DNA of 64,000 bases, from assembly GCA_938091115.1 (NCBI GenBank), contig CALKNI010000005.1, positions 289 through 64,288 of the forward strand, in the 5' to 3' direction. Of this stretch, positions 19,869-29,950 are shown one piece after another. Under the pieces are notes generated by a model, which worked only from the letters and a program-made list of their open reading frames with translations, was not told the origin of the DNA and did no database searches. Source of the DNA: an uncultured Pirellulaceae bacterium. Its GTDB lineage: Bacteria; Planctomycetota; Planctomycetia; Pirellulales; Pirellulaceae. Numbering within the stretch: position 1 is the stretch's first letter; each line of letters begins with the position of its first letter. The translations under genes were made by a program, and so were the position numbers.

Positions 19869-21090
19869 TACGATTTGGATTGTTTCTGAATTATTTGCGC
19901 CGGACGACGCTGCCACTGCGCATTTGATGACTCAGATCGCTGAGGGCTTGGCCGTCGAATCCGAGGGCAACCAATACTCGATCTCGGTGATTTGTGCTCA
20001 ACCAACGTATACCTCTCGAGGCCAAAAGGCATTGCGGCGTGAACTAGTAAACGGTGTTCATATTAACCGTTGCTGGAGCACCACCTTTTCAAAAGATCGA
20101 CTGATGCTCCGCGCGGTCAATGTCGTCACCATTATGATGACCTTCTTCATAAAGATGCTATTTCGATTCCGTCGGGGCGATCGGGTGTTAGTTGTGACCA
20201 ATCCACCACCATTGCCTTTTGTCGCAACACTAGCTGCAAAACTAAGGGGAGCGCGAACCTACTTACTCATTCATGATATTTATCCAGACGTACTTGTACC
20301 CATAGGATTTACTCAATCCGGCTCTCTCCCGTATCGAGTTATTGATTTCGCAACTCGCCGCCTGTACCAATCTGTCACTCAAATTATCACGATTGGACGA
20401 GACATGAAAAAACTCGTCCTTCAGAAAAACCCAAATCTGAAATCAAAGGTCTCCGTCATTACAAACTGGGCCGACGAGCAAATGTGTCCCGTCCCAAAAG
20501 AAGATAATAAATTTCAAAACCAGGCCAATGATAACGAGTTAGTCATTCAATATTCGGGCAATATGGGCCGAACACATGGACTCAATATAATTGCAAAAGC
20601 AGCCACTATTCTGGAACAAAAAGGAGTGAGCGGAATACGATGGATGATGTGTGGATGGGGCAGTGGCAAGAAAAATCTTAAGCAGATTTGTACAGAAAAA
20701 AACCTGCAATCCGTTACCATTCTCGATCCCGTTCCTCGCGAAGATTTGGCCGCATTAATTAGCACCGCAGATATTTCCATTATCTCATTTATTCCTGAAA
20801 TGTCCGGCATTTCGGTTCCTTCACGCATGTATAACATTTTGTCGGCAGGTTGTCCGATCATCGGCATTACCGAACCTGACTCGGAACTTGCTCAGACCAT
20901 CTTTGACGACGATTTGGGTTGGGTTTCACCGCCTGGCAAACCAGAATTACTCGCTGATTTAGTTATCCAGCTTTATAAGTATCGCGCTGAACTAGCTGAT
21001 TATCGTCAAAGATGCCGGAACGCCGCGACAACTCGGTATACGAAGACAAACTCGATTCGAGCCTATTACGCTCTGCTGTCTGAGGTATGA
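19861..21090 (+). CDS. Glycosyltransferase family 4 (WbuB/WcaI-like)
   Basis: VSELFAPD, IHDIYPD, ITNWAD, YSGNMGRTHG, SVPSRMYNILSAGCPI. Confidence 0.88.
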   Translation: MPNTIWIVSELFAPDDAATAHLMTQIAEGLAVESEGNQYSISVICAQPTYTSRGQKALRRELVNGVHINRCWSTTFSKDRLMLRAVNVVTIMMTFFIKMLFRFRRGDRVLVVTNPPPLPFVATLAAKLRGARTYLLIHDIYPDVLVPIGFTQSGSLPYRVIDFATRRLYQSVTQIITIGRDMKKLVLQKNPNLKSKVSVITNWADEQMCPVPKEDNKFQNQANDNELVIQYSGNMGRTHGLNIIAKAATILEQKGVSGIRWMMCGWGSGKKNLKQICTEKNLQSVTILDPVPREDLAALISTADISIISFIPEMSGISVPSRMYNILSAGCPIIGITEPDSELAQTIFDDDLGWVSPPGKPELLADLVIQLYKYRAELADYRQRCRNAATTRYTKTNSIRAYYALLSEV

Positions 21091-21296
21091 TTGCGGGGGA
21101 ACACGTTTTTCTGATGACCCGCAAGCAATCCCTACGAGCCAAGAAAACTATCACAACTGTTATAACACGACCGTGCGCGTTATTCCCCGAAGTAGTTTTG
21201 AAGCAGCGAACAAAGTTAACGGGAACTCCCACCTGTTTGATTATTATAGGTATCGCTGCAACTAGCTCAAAAAACTCTTAAAAGTAAGCAACTAGT

Positions 21297-21506
21297 TTGC
21301 CTAAAATGAGACATTATGATTTGCCTGCTATGACAACCGCTCAGCCAGCTCCCGATTACTATGCGAGCCTCGATTGTGTGCTAATATCCACTGACGATTC
21401 GTTATTCAATTGGGACGAAATTGTGCAACACGCTACTCTGGTTGTGGACACGCGAAACGCCACCAAAAATGTTACTAGTGGTCGAGAAAAAATCTTTAAA
21501 GCGTAA
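21297..21506 (+). pseudogene. C-terminal remnant of a nucleotide-sugar dehydrogenase (UDP-Glc/GDP-Man dehydrogenase family)
   Basis: LPKMRHYD...DCVLISTDDS...LVVDTRNATKNV...KIFKA resembles the last ~70 aa of the UDP-binding domain; NAD-binding and catalytic parts are absent. Confidence 0.75.
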
Positions 21507-21609
21507 AACTAATCCATCATCTTTTGAGTCTTAAAGATAATCATTCGAAGAAAAAAGGCTTGATCGCCTCGCTTGGTATCCAAGTTTTTATCTTTGGCTC
21601 CCTTCGTTA

Positions 21610-23523
21610 ATGAATAAAGCAACTAAAAATACTATCACGGGCGACGATCAGAACTACCGATCCGATCTCATTAAGGTCATGTTGCCTTATGGCTTGGCCT
21701 TGTTGGCGCAGCTACCTTTACTTGTGCTTTATTTTCGAAGGCTTTGGAATCTGCCTCACTATCAACCTTTCGCCATTGCAATTCTAGCCACTGTAGGACT
21801 GGCGATTTATCGATGGCCCTATGGAAAACCGCAGCCTTTTTTTCGCAGTCTGGCAAGCGACATTATTTTACTTTTGGGAATGATCGTTGCTTTTTTAGGA
21901 ATGCTCTTTGTGGAACCATGGTTTGCAGCGCTGAGTGGGATGCTGATTGCGACTAGTTTTTTAGCACGTACATTGGACCGAGAAACAGGCAGATCACTTT
22001 GGACCTGCAGCCTACCACTCTATGTTTATCTAACACTTCCACTGTATCTCGACGTAAAACTGATTACATCTCTTCAACGATACAGCGCGGTCTACACCAG
22101 TCGTCTCTTGGATTTATTCGGCCTTGGGCACCATATGGATGGCACTGTAATCAAAGTAGCTGTGGAAAATGTGAATGGTATCCGTGAATATGGAATTGAA
22201 GAAGCCTGCAGTGGAGTTCAGTCGTTCTTCACGTTGCTATTGGTTGCTATCGTTTTCGTTGTCTTATCCCGCCGGATAAAACTGACTGGGTGGGCGATTG
22301 CAATTCTTACGATTGCCGCCGCCTTCCTTTGTTTTGTTCTGCGGGCGACAGTACTTTCAATGCCGGTTTGGAGTGAGTCTTTATTGACCGCCGGTGTTGG
22401 ATTCCTCCTGCTTCCAGTCCTAGGTTTTCGCGCAACGCTGCTAGTTTTATCAGCTGTATTTTGGGCTTTGTTTGTTAACATCGTTAGAATTTTCTTAATT
22501 CCTGTCGTTGATATCCTCTTGGGTTACGACCTGAGTCATGGTATTTCGCATGATATTCTTGGATATGGTGCACTAACGATAGGAATTTTGATGATCTTTA
22601 GCACAGATCAATTCTTGTTGTTTCTCTTCGGACCCGTTGAAACTGGCGAAAGTGAGTCAGATTCAATTGGGGAGTCAATTACTCGGTTTTGGAATCATAT
22701 CATTTCAGCAGATGGTTCCAAAACTGAATCGAATGATAGTCATAAAGTGTCCTCCATCAGAAAATCCATTTCCAAATCCGGTTTCTCATTCATTTGGATT
22801 GTTGCATTTCTGATCATTTCGATGGGTGTGTTTCAATTCGCCGATGTTCAAAGATCAATCGCTCAAACCGATCTTCAAGTTCGCTTTTTCGACGCCGACG
22901 TCACTTTAGACTACGAGGAAGACGATATCCCTAAAGAAGTGGACGGTTGGAAACTCGTTCAGTATGAAGTGCAAGATCGTTCTCGGGGTAGTGACCTTGG
23001 CCAACGCTCTGACGTTTGGCAATTCCGATCACCGACCTGTGCCGCTATCGCCTCCCTGGATCAAGCCTTTCCAGGTTGGCACGAATTGACCACATGCTAT
23101 AAAAATCAAGGCTGGAATCTAAAAACACGCGTCCGAAAGAATCCCAGTGATATCTTGGGCAATGATTCCAGTGACGACTCCTGGCCATTTATCGAAGCCA
23201 CGTTTGAAAAGAAAACTGGTGAAAAAGGCTATTTATTGTTCAGTCATTTTGATGCCTTCGGCGAAGGTGTCGATGCACCAGAGCAATGGAATTCGATTAA
23301 TTCGTTTTTCGTGAGGGCGCAAAATCGCATGTCTCACCGAATTCGCTCCAGTCTTCTCCGAGGCGAGGTCTATCAAACCCAAGTCTTTCTTACCTCGTAT
23401 GGGGATCTCGATAACTCGATAAAGCAGGAAGTCAATGAGCGCTACCTAAAAATCAGGGAGCAATTGAGAACCCGCTTTAAAGAGAAAAAGAAGCAACTCG
23501 ATACCTCTTCTGCGACGCCTTAA
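21610..23523 (+). CDS. Exosortase (planctomycete exosortase U-like) with C-terminal EpsI-like soluble domain
   Basis: Multi-TM with the catalytic pattern IEEACSG (Cys), NIVRI (Arg), SHDILG (His); C-terminal domain IPKEVDGW...WHELTTCY..QGW. Confidence 0.88.
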   Translation: MNKATKNTITGDDQNYRSDLIKVMLPYGLALLAQLPLLVLYFRRLWNLPHYQPFAIAILATVGLAIYRWPYGKPQPFFRSLASDIILLLGMIVAFLGMLFVEPWFAALSGMLIATSFLARTLDRETGRSLWTCSLPLYVYLTLPLYLDVKLITSLQRYSAVYTSRLLDLFGLGHHMDGTVIKVAVENVNGIREYGIEEACSGVQSFFTLLLVAIVFVVLSRRIKLTGWAIAILTIAAAFLCFVLRATVLSMPVWSESLLTAGVGFLLLPVLGFRATLLVLSAVFWALFVNIVRIFLIPVVDILLGYDLSHGISHDILGYGALTIGILMIFSTDQFLLFLFGPVETGESESDSIGESITRFWNHIISADGSKTESNDSHKVSSIRKSISKSGFSFIWIVAFLIISMGVFQFADVQRSIAQTDLQVRFFDADVTLDYEEDDIPKEVDGWKLVQYEVQDRSRGSDLGQRSDVWQFRSPTCAAIASLDQAFPGWHELTTCYKNQGWNLKTRVRKNPSDILGNDSSDDSWPFIEATFEKKTGEKGYLLFSHFDAFGEGVDAPEQWNSINSFFVRAQNRMSHRIRSSLLRGEVYQTQVFLTSYGDLDNSIKQEVNERYLKIREQLRTRFKEKKKQLDTSSATP

Positions 23524-26500
23524 GGCGACTCATCGCCCGTCGATTCTAAATTCCCCCAACCTCCGCCTCCGGGAGTCTCCAATCGCAATCGCTCCCCTGA
23601 AGTAACTCTTATTTCGCAGGAGGACGATAGTGTTTCTACGTTTCCACCTATTCCAATCCGCAAATTGACTCCCGGTTTCCCTGGTTCCCCCCCGGCGACA
23701 CCGTACGGGGATTTCAAACGTCTATTTGTCAGTAGGGAAACGGTGAGTGGTTTTAAAAATTCAATTTCCCTCACAATTCCATTACCGCCGCGATGGAATC
23801 CCTGCCCTCCGCTTTCTTGCCGCACGGAAAATTCTCGCAAAATCACTGGGTAGCGGGTTTCCAAAATTTCTGGATCGGTCAACCGGGTATTGGTCATGTG
23901 AGTATGGACTGCGTGTGCTCCAGGATTTTGAGGCGTTGCGCCTGCACCACCACCAATCGTTTCGTAATACCCAAAACTGTTATCTCCCATTAACCAGTTA
24001 TTCATCGTACCCTGGCTCGCAGCCGCCAAATTCCCCTCGACTGCCTGTTGCAAAGTTCCCAGCAAAACATCCACGATCCGCTGCGAGGTTTCCACATTCC
24101 CTCCAACAATTGCGGGGCAATCCTTTGGGTTGTCATAACTGACGGGATTCAAAAAACAGGTCGGCAAAACGATTTCAACCGGCTTGAGAATGCCTTCATT
24201 CAATGGGATATCATCCTCAATGAAGCATCGCATCACATAAATCACAGCGGAAGCTACAATCGCTGGATTGGCATTTAAATTCCCTCGAAGAACGGGATCG
24301 GTTCCGCTGAAGTCAATTTTGACAGAATTCTGGCTGATCGTAATAGCAACTCGGATCGTCGCTCCATTATCAAGCTGATCCTCAAATTGATAACTGCCGC
24401 TCTTCATACGACTGATGGCCTGACGCATTTTTTGCTCAGCTGCGTCTTGCATAAACACAGTGTAAGCCAAAACATGATTCTCAGAATACTGGCCGACCAA
24501 CTTCATTAAGTCACGTATACCAGTCCGGTTAGCGGCGACTTGTGCGCGCAAATCAGCTAAATTCTCATCTGGTGCACGCGAGGGGTAGGGGGGGCGCGTT
24601 AGCAATTGACTCAAGGCTTCAAAATATACTTCGCCTGTCTGACCGTCGACTAATTTAAAATTTCGTATCAACACTCCCTCTTGCTGTAGGTTTGTGGCAT
24701 TCGGTGGCATCGACCCCGGTGCAATACCCCCTATCTCCGCATGGTGCGATCGGCTGGCCACCCAAAAAATCAACCGGCTTTTATCTTTATTAAACACGGG
24801 CGTAATAACCGTGACATCGGGCAGATGCGAGCCCCCTCCATAAGGGTCATTGGTCACGAAAACATCACCCTCAGAAACTTTCGTATTCAATCGAATAATG
24901 GTTCGGACCGTCTCGCTCATGGCTCCTAAGTGGACGGGTATGTGTGGAGCGTTGACGATCAAATCACCATTTGCTGTAAAGATAGCGCAACTAAAATCGA
25001 GCCTTTCTTTCACATTAACGCTCATGGATGTCATTTGCAGCGCAATCCCCATTTGCCTTGCGATGGTCCCAAAATGATTGTTAAAAATTTCTAATTGCGT
25101 TGGGTCAGGCTGCTTCAATGGCCGAGCCAGTTTATCTTCTGCCAGCCCAACCTCTTCGTTTGTTTTCTCAATTAACAGCTGCCCCTCACTCAGCATGGTT
25201 GCCCTCCAACCTGATTCCACAATGGTTGTGGAAAGCGCGCTGGCAATTAAAACAGGACCTTGAACTGCGTCACCGGAGCTCAAACTCTCTCGTTCAAATA
25301 CCGGTATCATTTGGTAATCAATACAGCCAGTTTCTAAATTTTTGATGACGACATTTTGCTCAGCGACGGACTGGGGCGATGTAAAATTTTTGATCTCGAT
25401 CGTTCTTGCCAAACGTAACCCAATCCTGTTGCCTTCCATTCTGGCAGCAACAAGTTCAATCTCTCTATCACTAATAAAACCAAATCGTTGTTGATGTTGT
25501 CGTTTAAATGAATCAACAATTTCCGCAAACCCATCACTTAGGATATCTACTTCAACAGACTGAGATGCATCCGTACCAACATAGCGCAAATCCAAGCTTC
25601 TTGTTAACTGAGCCTCCTCTCCCAGTTCCGCCTGTATTTCAAATTCCATCTCCCCCCAAAGCCCGTTAACCTGTTTGAGAAGTTCATTTTTAAGAACTCC
25701 TAATACAGATCTAACCCGACTAGACTTCTGATCGGCGAGGCGGATTCCAGCCGCACTGAGAATGCTACCATTCGACGGGTCTAATATTTTTTTGACACCT
25801 ATCGAGTTGGCGACCTGGCAAGCATGTTGAGGCCCCGCGCCCCCAAATGCCACCAACAAATAGTCACCTGGATCAAACCCGCGCGAAACTGAGACACTTC
25901 CGATCGCCGATGCCATATTTTGATTGGCAATCGCTAACAACCCGTAGGCCGCTTCGATCGTCGTCAACTGATAACCCGCTGATTTCATTTCCCGACACAA
26001 TTCTGTCAAGCGATCGCTGACGGCTATTTGATCTAAGGGAAATGGAAAACGACTTTGTACAATCCGGCCGAGAAATAAATTAACATCGGTGAGTGTCAAT
26101 GGACCTCCTCGTCCATAGCAGGCAGGGCCAGGATTCGATGAAGCACTCTCCGGCCCGACCCGGAGGCTCGCACCATCGAACCAACAGATCGACCCTCCTC
26201 CCGATGCCACCGTTTCAATAGCCACCATTGGAGACATGATACGTATATTAGATTTGTAAGTCTCATATTCTAATTCCAATTTACCGTCGTATCTTCCAAC
26301 GTCGGAACTTGTCCCTCCCATATCAAACGTCAAGAGTCGACGAGATCCAAGCTGCTCGCCTGCGCGAATAGCGCCGACGATGCCGCCAGCCGGTCCCGAT
26401 AGCACCGAGTCCTTTCCAGAAAAGAATTTCCGTTCAACCAAGCCACCCGCGGAAGTCATTAACTGCAAATGACTGTCATTCGATAAACAGTTTTCAATTT

Positions 26501-27443
26501 GATTCAGATAAACTCCCAGCACTGGATTTAAATACGCATCCAGTACGGTCGTTTCCGCTCGAGACAACATTTTAATCAGGGGCGCTACTTCGGATGATAA
26601 ATGAACATCTGAAAACCCCAAGGCTCGAGCAATGGCTCCGACAACTTTTTCATGTTGGGGGTAACGATAACCATGCAACAAGCAGATCGCGATCGAGGTG
26701 ATCCCCTTCGATTTCAACTCAAGGAATGAATCTCGAATCTTAGCTTCACAAGGAACTTGTTCGACGGTGCCATCAGCGAGTATTCTCTCATCAATTTCGA
26801 TACATATCTCAGTCAAAGAGGTTGGTTTTTGAATATCTAATTCAAATAAAGATGGCCTCGCTTGATCGCCTATCGCCAGCAAATCACCAAAACCCTTTGT
26901 CGTCACCAAAGCAGTTGCAGCGCCGGTGCGAGTCAAGAGTGCATTCGTGCCCCGAGTCGTCCCCAAGTGAACTCGGCACGCGGGGATCGGAGAACCCAGA
27001 GGTAATTGAAGGAGCCGTCGGATCGCGAGAATTGGGGCCGGAATCTCAAAATCGAGCTCGTAACGAACTGAATTTTTTGACTGGGAAACGTCTAATATTT
27101 GACCCGCCGTTGAATGAGACGGCTGTTCTTGGAGCCAAATTTCGCCGTTTTCTGAATCATATTGTTGAACCTTTGACTCAAATTGTGTTATTCCATCGCC
27201 AGCAACAATGCGAAACTTCGCACCTACCCAAAAATCATCACCAGCATTGGAATCGACAAACCACCGATTTGGGATTTTTGAGATATCCCGTAACTGATTT
27301 TTGACTATTCCAGAACTCAGTTCCTTGATCTCATATGAATTGCCTTGCGGATCCAATGCCTGGCAATCCGTAAATGTTCCACCAACGTCAATCCAAAATT
27401 GCCAAAAGCACGCTTCCGTTTGACTGGCTCGTGAACGGGTCAT
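23520..27443 (-). CDS. 5-oxoprolinase (fused hydantoinase A/B)
   Basis: [52 protein letters not shown]; ATG 27443 preferred over TTG 27464. Confidence 0.92.
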   Translation of the reverse strand: MTRSRASQTEACFWQFWIDVGGTFTDCQALDPQGNSYEIKELSSGIVKNQLRDISKIPNRWFVDSNAGDDFWVGAKFRIVAGDGITQFESKVQQYDSENGEIWLQEQPSHSTAGQILDVSQSKNSVRYELDFEIPAPILAIRRLLQLPLGSPIPACRVHLGTTRGTNALLTRTGAATALVTTKGFGDLLAIGDQARPSLFELDIQKPTSLTEICIEIDERILADGTVEQVPCEAKIRDSFLELKSKGITSIAICLLHGYRYPQHEKVVGAIARALGFSDVHLSSEVAPLIKMLSRAETTVLDAYLNPVLGVYLNQIENCLSNDSHLQLMTSAGGLVERKFFSGKDSVLSGPAGGIVGAIRAGEQLGSRRLLTFDMGGTSSDVGRYDGKLELEYETYKSNIRIMSPMVAIETVASGGGSICWFDGASLRVGPESASSNPGPACYGRGGPLTLTDVNLFLGRIVQSRFPFPLDQIAVSDRLTELCREMKSAGYQLTTIEAAYGLLAIANQNMASAIGSVSVSRGFDPGDYLLVAFGGAGPQHACQVANSIGVKKILDPSNGSILSAAGIRLADQKSSRVRSVLGVLKNELLKQVNGLWGEMEFEIQAELGEEAQLTRSLDLRYVGTDASQSVEVDILSDGFAEIVDSFKRQHQQRFGFISDREIELVAARMEGNRIGLRLARTIEIKNFTSPQSVAEQNVVIKNLETGCIDYQMIPVFERESLSSGDAVQGPVLIASALSTTIVESGWRATMLSEGQLLIEKTNEEVGLAEDKLARPLKQPDPTQLEIFNNHFGTIARQMGIALQMTSMSVNVKERLDFSCAIFTANGDLIVNAPHIPVHLGAMSETVRTIIRLNTKVSEGDVFVTNDPYGGGSHLPDVTVITPVFNKDKSRLIFWVASRSHHAEIGGIAPGSMPPNATNLQQEGVLIRNFKLVDGQTGEVYFEALSQLLTRPPYPSRAPDENLADLRAQVAANRTGIRDLMKLVGQYSENHVLAYTVFMQDAAEQKMRQAISRMKSGSYQFEDQLDNGATIRVAITISQNSVKIDFSGTDPVLRGNLNANPAIVASAVIYVMRCFIEDDIPLNEGILKPVEIVLPTCFLNPVSYDNPKDCPAIVGGNVETSQRIVDVLLGTLQQAVEGNLAAASQGTMNNWLMGDNSFGYYETIGGGAGATPQNPGAHAVHTHMTNTRLTDPEILETRYPVILREFSVRQESGGQGFHRGGNGIVREIEFLKPLTVSLLTNRRLKSPYGVAGGEPGKPGVNLRIGIGGNVETLSSSCEIRVTSGERLRLETPGGGGWGNLESTGDESP

Positions 27444-27450
27444 ATTTATG

Positions 27451-28722
27451 CTACTTTTCTCCAACGCATATCAAATGGGAGTCCGTTCGCAAATAAAGTC
27501 GATTTCCAGCAACAGCCGGCGTCGCTCGAGTTGACTCGCCCAGAGAGTGTTTACAAATTTGTTCATACTCACTACCGGTTCCGATCACTAACAGATTGCC
27601 GGCTTCATCCATAATGTAAATATTGCTTAACGTAGCGATCGGCGAGCCCGAAAAACCCTTTGCCATTCTCTCCTCCCAGATCGGAGCGCCCGTTTGAAGT
27701 TCCACGCATTTGCCAATCCCTTTGTCACTAAACAAATATAATTTGCCATCTACCGCGATCGGCGTGGGAACGTAGTTGGCTTTTTTAATCTCGTACACTT
27801 TTTCCGGAACTGAATTAATTTCATTGCCAGGTCGAATGGCGACCAAATAATTACCACCGCCGCCAGAACCATTGCTGCCAATGATTAACCCATCGACTGT
27901 TAACGTCGACGCCACAGTTCGCATCCGAAACGGCAGTGTCGCCCAGTTTTGCTTGCCCGTTTTAGGGTCGAGACTAAAAAATCCATCGCCAGTGTTACAA
28001 GAAACTAATTGTTCAGTGCCATTTTTATCTTTAAAAATTGAGGGGATCGCATAACAGGCCCTTGTTGATGTCAGCGAAGAACTCCAAGCGTCATCTCCTG
28101 TCTCACGATCCACTGCAATCACGTGACTGCCGCCGGATTTTTGCCCCGGTTTAAGACGGTCAGATTGCTGGGAATTGAAGACGATTACTTTGTCATGATA
28201 AACCACTGGACTCGCAGCAAATCCGTGTTGAGAAGTCCACGTACCAAAATCTCTTTGCCATTTCTGGTTTCCATCATGGTCTAGAGCAACCAGCATTGTA
28301 TGCTCGGGGTCAGCGTAGGTTAAATAGACATGTTTTTCATCAACTGCTGGCGTGCTGGAAGCAAAGCTATTTCGTCCATGGACACGATAAACTCCATGCT
28401 TAAACACCTTACTCCAGCGTGCTTTGCCCGACAGCGCATCCAAACATTCCAACGTGAGTTTCCCGCTGCTCGGGTCGCAACTCGTCACGAATAGATGCTG
28501 GCCCCAAATCACAGGCGAACTTGAGCCGATCCCTGCAAGTTTTACCTTCCAGTGATATTCAGCATCGGAAATATCTCGGGGCAGCTGGGCTCCACCGACT
28601 AAGCCTGCGCCATTGGGGCCGCGAAATCGAGGCCAATTCGGTTGAGAAAAAATCAAGCTGTTATTTAGCAGCACGAACAATACAGACCAAGCCAAAATGG
28701 CTGTTACCGGTTGGCGAAGCAT
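27451..28722 (-). CDS. Exported PQQ-like beta-propeller repeat protein
   Basis: Signal peptide, WPRFRGPNGAG, repeated SSP/STP and GxxxW motifs. Confidence 0.85.
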   Translation of the reverse strand: MLRQPVTAILAWSVLFVLLNNSLIFSQPNWPRFRGPNGAGLVGGAQLPRDISDAEYHWKVKLAGIGSSSPVIWGQHLFVTSCDPSSGKLTLECLDALSGKARWSKVFKHGVYRVHGRNSFASSTPAVDEKHVYLTYADPEHTMLVALDHDGNQKWQRDFGTWTSQHGFAASPVVYHDKVIVFNSQQSDRLKPGQKSGGSHVIAVDRETGDDAWSSSLTSTRACYAIPSIFKDKNGTEQLVSCNTGDGFFSLDPKTGKQNWATLPFRMRTVASTLTVDGLIIGSNGSGGGGNYLVAIRPGNEINSVPEKVYEIKKANYVPTPIAVDGKLYLFSDKGIGKCVELQTGAPIWEERMAKGFSGSPIATLSNIYIMDEAGNLLVIGTGSEYEQICKHSLGESTRATPAVAGNRLYLRTDSHLICVGEK

Positions 28723-28819
28723 AGAACCCTCGTTGTTAGTGATTTCAAGCCGCTGATTATATCACTTTCCAGTGGAGCAGACACGCTTTTAAAGGTCGTC
28801 GTTTCGACGATGCGCAAAC

Positions 28820-29851
28820 TTAGTGACAAAACTCCGCCATTCCAGACGATGCTGATTCTGAACTAGAAGATTCTAGCGATTGGCACCACTCACAAATTCG
28901 CCAATCCAACCAATGACGATCAGGATCTTCACCTCTTCGACCAAAGAATCCAAGATGCCCACCGTATTCGGTTGCCACCATCCTAATTGAGTTTGACATC
29001 TGATGGTCAGCGTACATGTTGAAAGGCACAACGGGATCGTCCATTGCAGTTACCAATAAAGTTGAGACCTGCACATCCACCAAATTGGACGCCGAACTCG
29101 CGTCACGGTAATAGTCATGTGCATTGCGATAGCCCCAACACGGAGCCGTAAACTGATCGTCCCAGTGAACCAATCGCGTTGGAAAACGCCTCATTTTACT
29201 TTCAACTAAATTTGAAACTCGCTTCCGACGACGCTGCAATTGATTTTGAAGTTGTTTCACAAAATACGATTCATACAGTCGGTTACCGTGCTGTCTCAAA
29301 TGCCAAGAGCAATGAACCAAATCGATCGGCGGTGAAACAACCAAAGCCGCATCAATTTGGGCGTGGGGATTCGCACCCCAGATTCCAATCGTTTTTAAAA
29401 CAATATTGCCACCCAGAGAAAATCCCACCAAACTGATCTTCGAGTTCGGACTCAACTGGTGGACGGAATCGATAACAGCATTGGCATCCCAGTAATTCCC
29501 GCCATGCAAGTGAGATCTCGAAACTCCAGAGCTGGCGCCCGAGCCCCGCATGTCAACACGAATCGTCCTAATGCTATGTTGATTTAATTTTGCCGCAGTT
29601 CTGGATACACTTGGCGAGCGATGCGATCCACAGAGCCCGTGGAATAAAATCGCAATCCGATCACCCTCTGCCCAGCCTCCGGGTTGATCGTCATGCACAA
29701 TCAAGCGATCACCATCGTGTAAATCAACTATTCGCCTAGTCGCATGATCCGCGCCGCAGTTCCCTTTAAATGTAGCGCCCAGCACAGTCTGCAAATGAGC
29801 CGATCTAAGTAACCGATGGGGTCGAAAGGGAGGGAATTCGCTGACACTCAC
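28820..29851 (-). CDS. YheT-like alpha/beta hydrolase
   Basis: HLQT, HGLCG, GFSLGG nucleophile elbow, DDPVVP, GGHLGF. Confidence 0.88.
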   Translation of the reverse strand: MSVSEFPPFRPHRLLRSAHLQTVLGATFKGNCGADHATRRIVDLHDGDRLIVHDDQPGGWAEGDRIAILFHGLCGSHRSPSVSRTAAKLNQHSIRTIRVDMRGSGASSGVSRSHLHGGNYWDANAVIDSVHQLSPNSKISLVGFSLGGNIVLKTIGIWGANPHAQIDAALVVSPPIDLVHCSWHLRQHGNRLYESYFVKQLQNQLQRRRKRVSNLVESKMRRFPTRLVHWDDQFTAPCWGYRNAHDYYRDASSASNLVDVQVSTLLVTAMDDPVVPFNMYADHQMSNSIRMVATEYGGHLGFFGRRGEDPDRHWLDWRICEWCQSLESSSSESASSGMAEFCH

Positions 29852-29950
29852 GGCTACAGACTCAGGTTTCCAGGAGGGAAGATTTGCACCCGACTATAAC
29901 GGATTATCATTTAAAAAACGAATTGTTTTATCTCAGGCAAATTCGTTTTT

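Noticed and set aside
21087-21281. 64-aa ORF coupled to the last glycosyltransferase
   Set aside because: No recognisable motif; more likely degraded junction sequence
27451-28722. PQQ-dependent dehydrogenase or BamB (also 52615-53955)
   Set aside because: Generic exported beta-propellers common in planctomycetes; no lipobox or dehydrogenase-specific motifs seen
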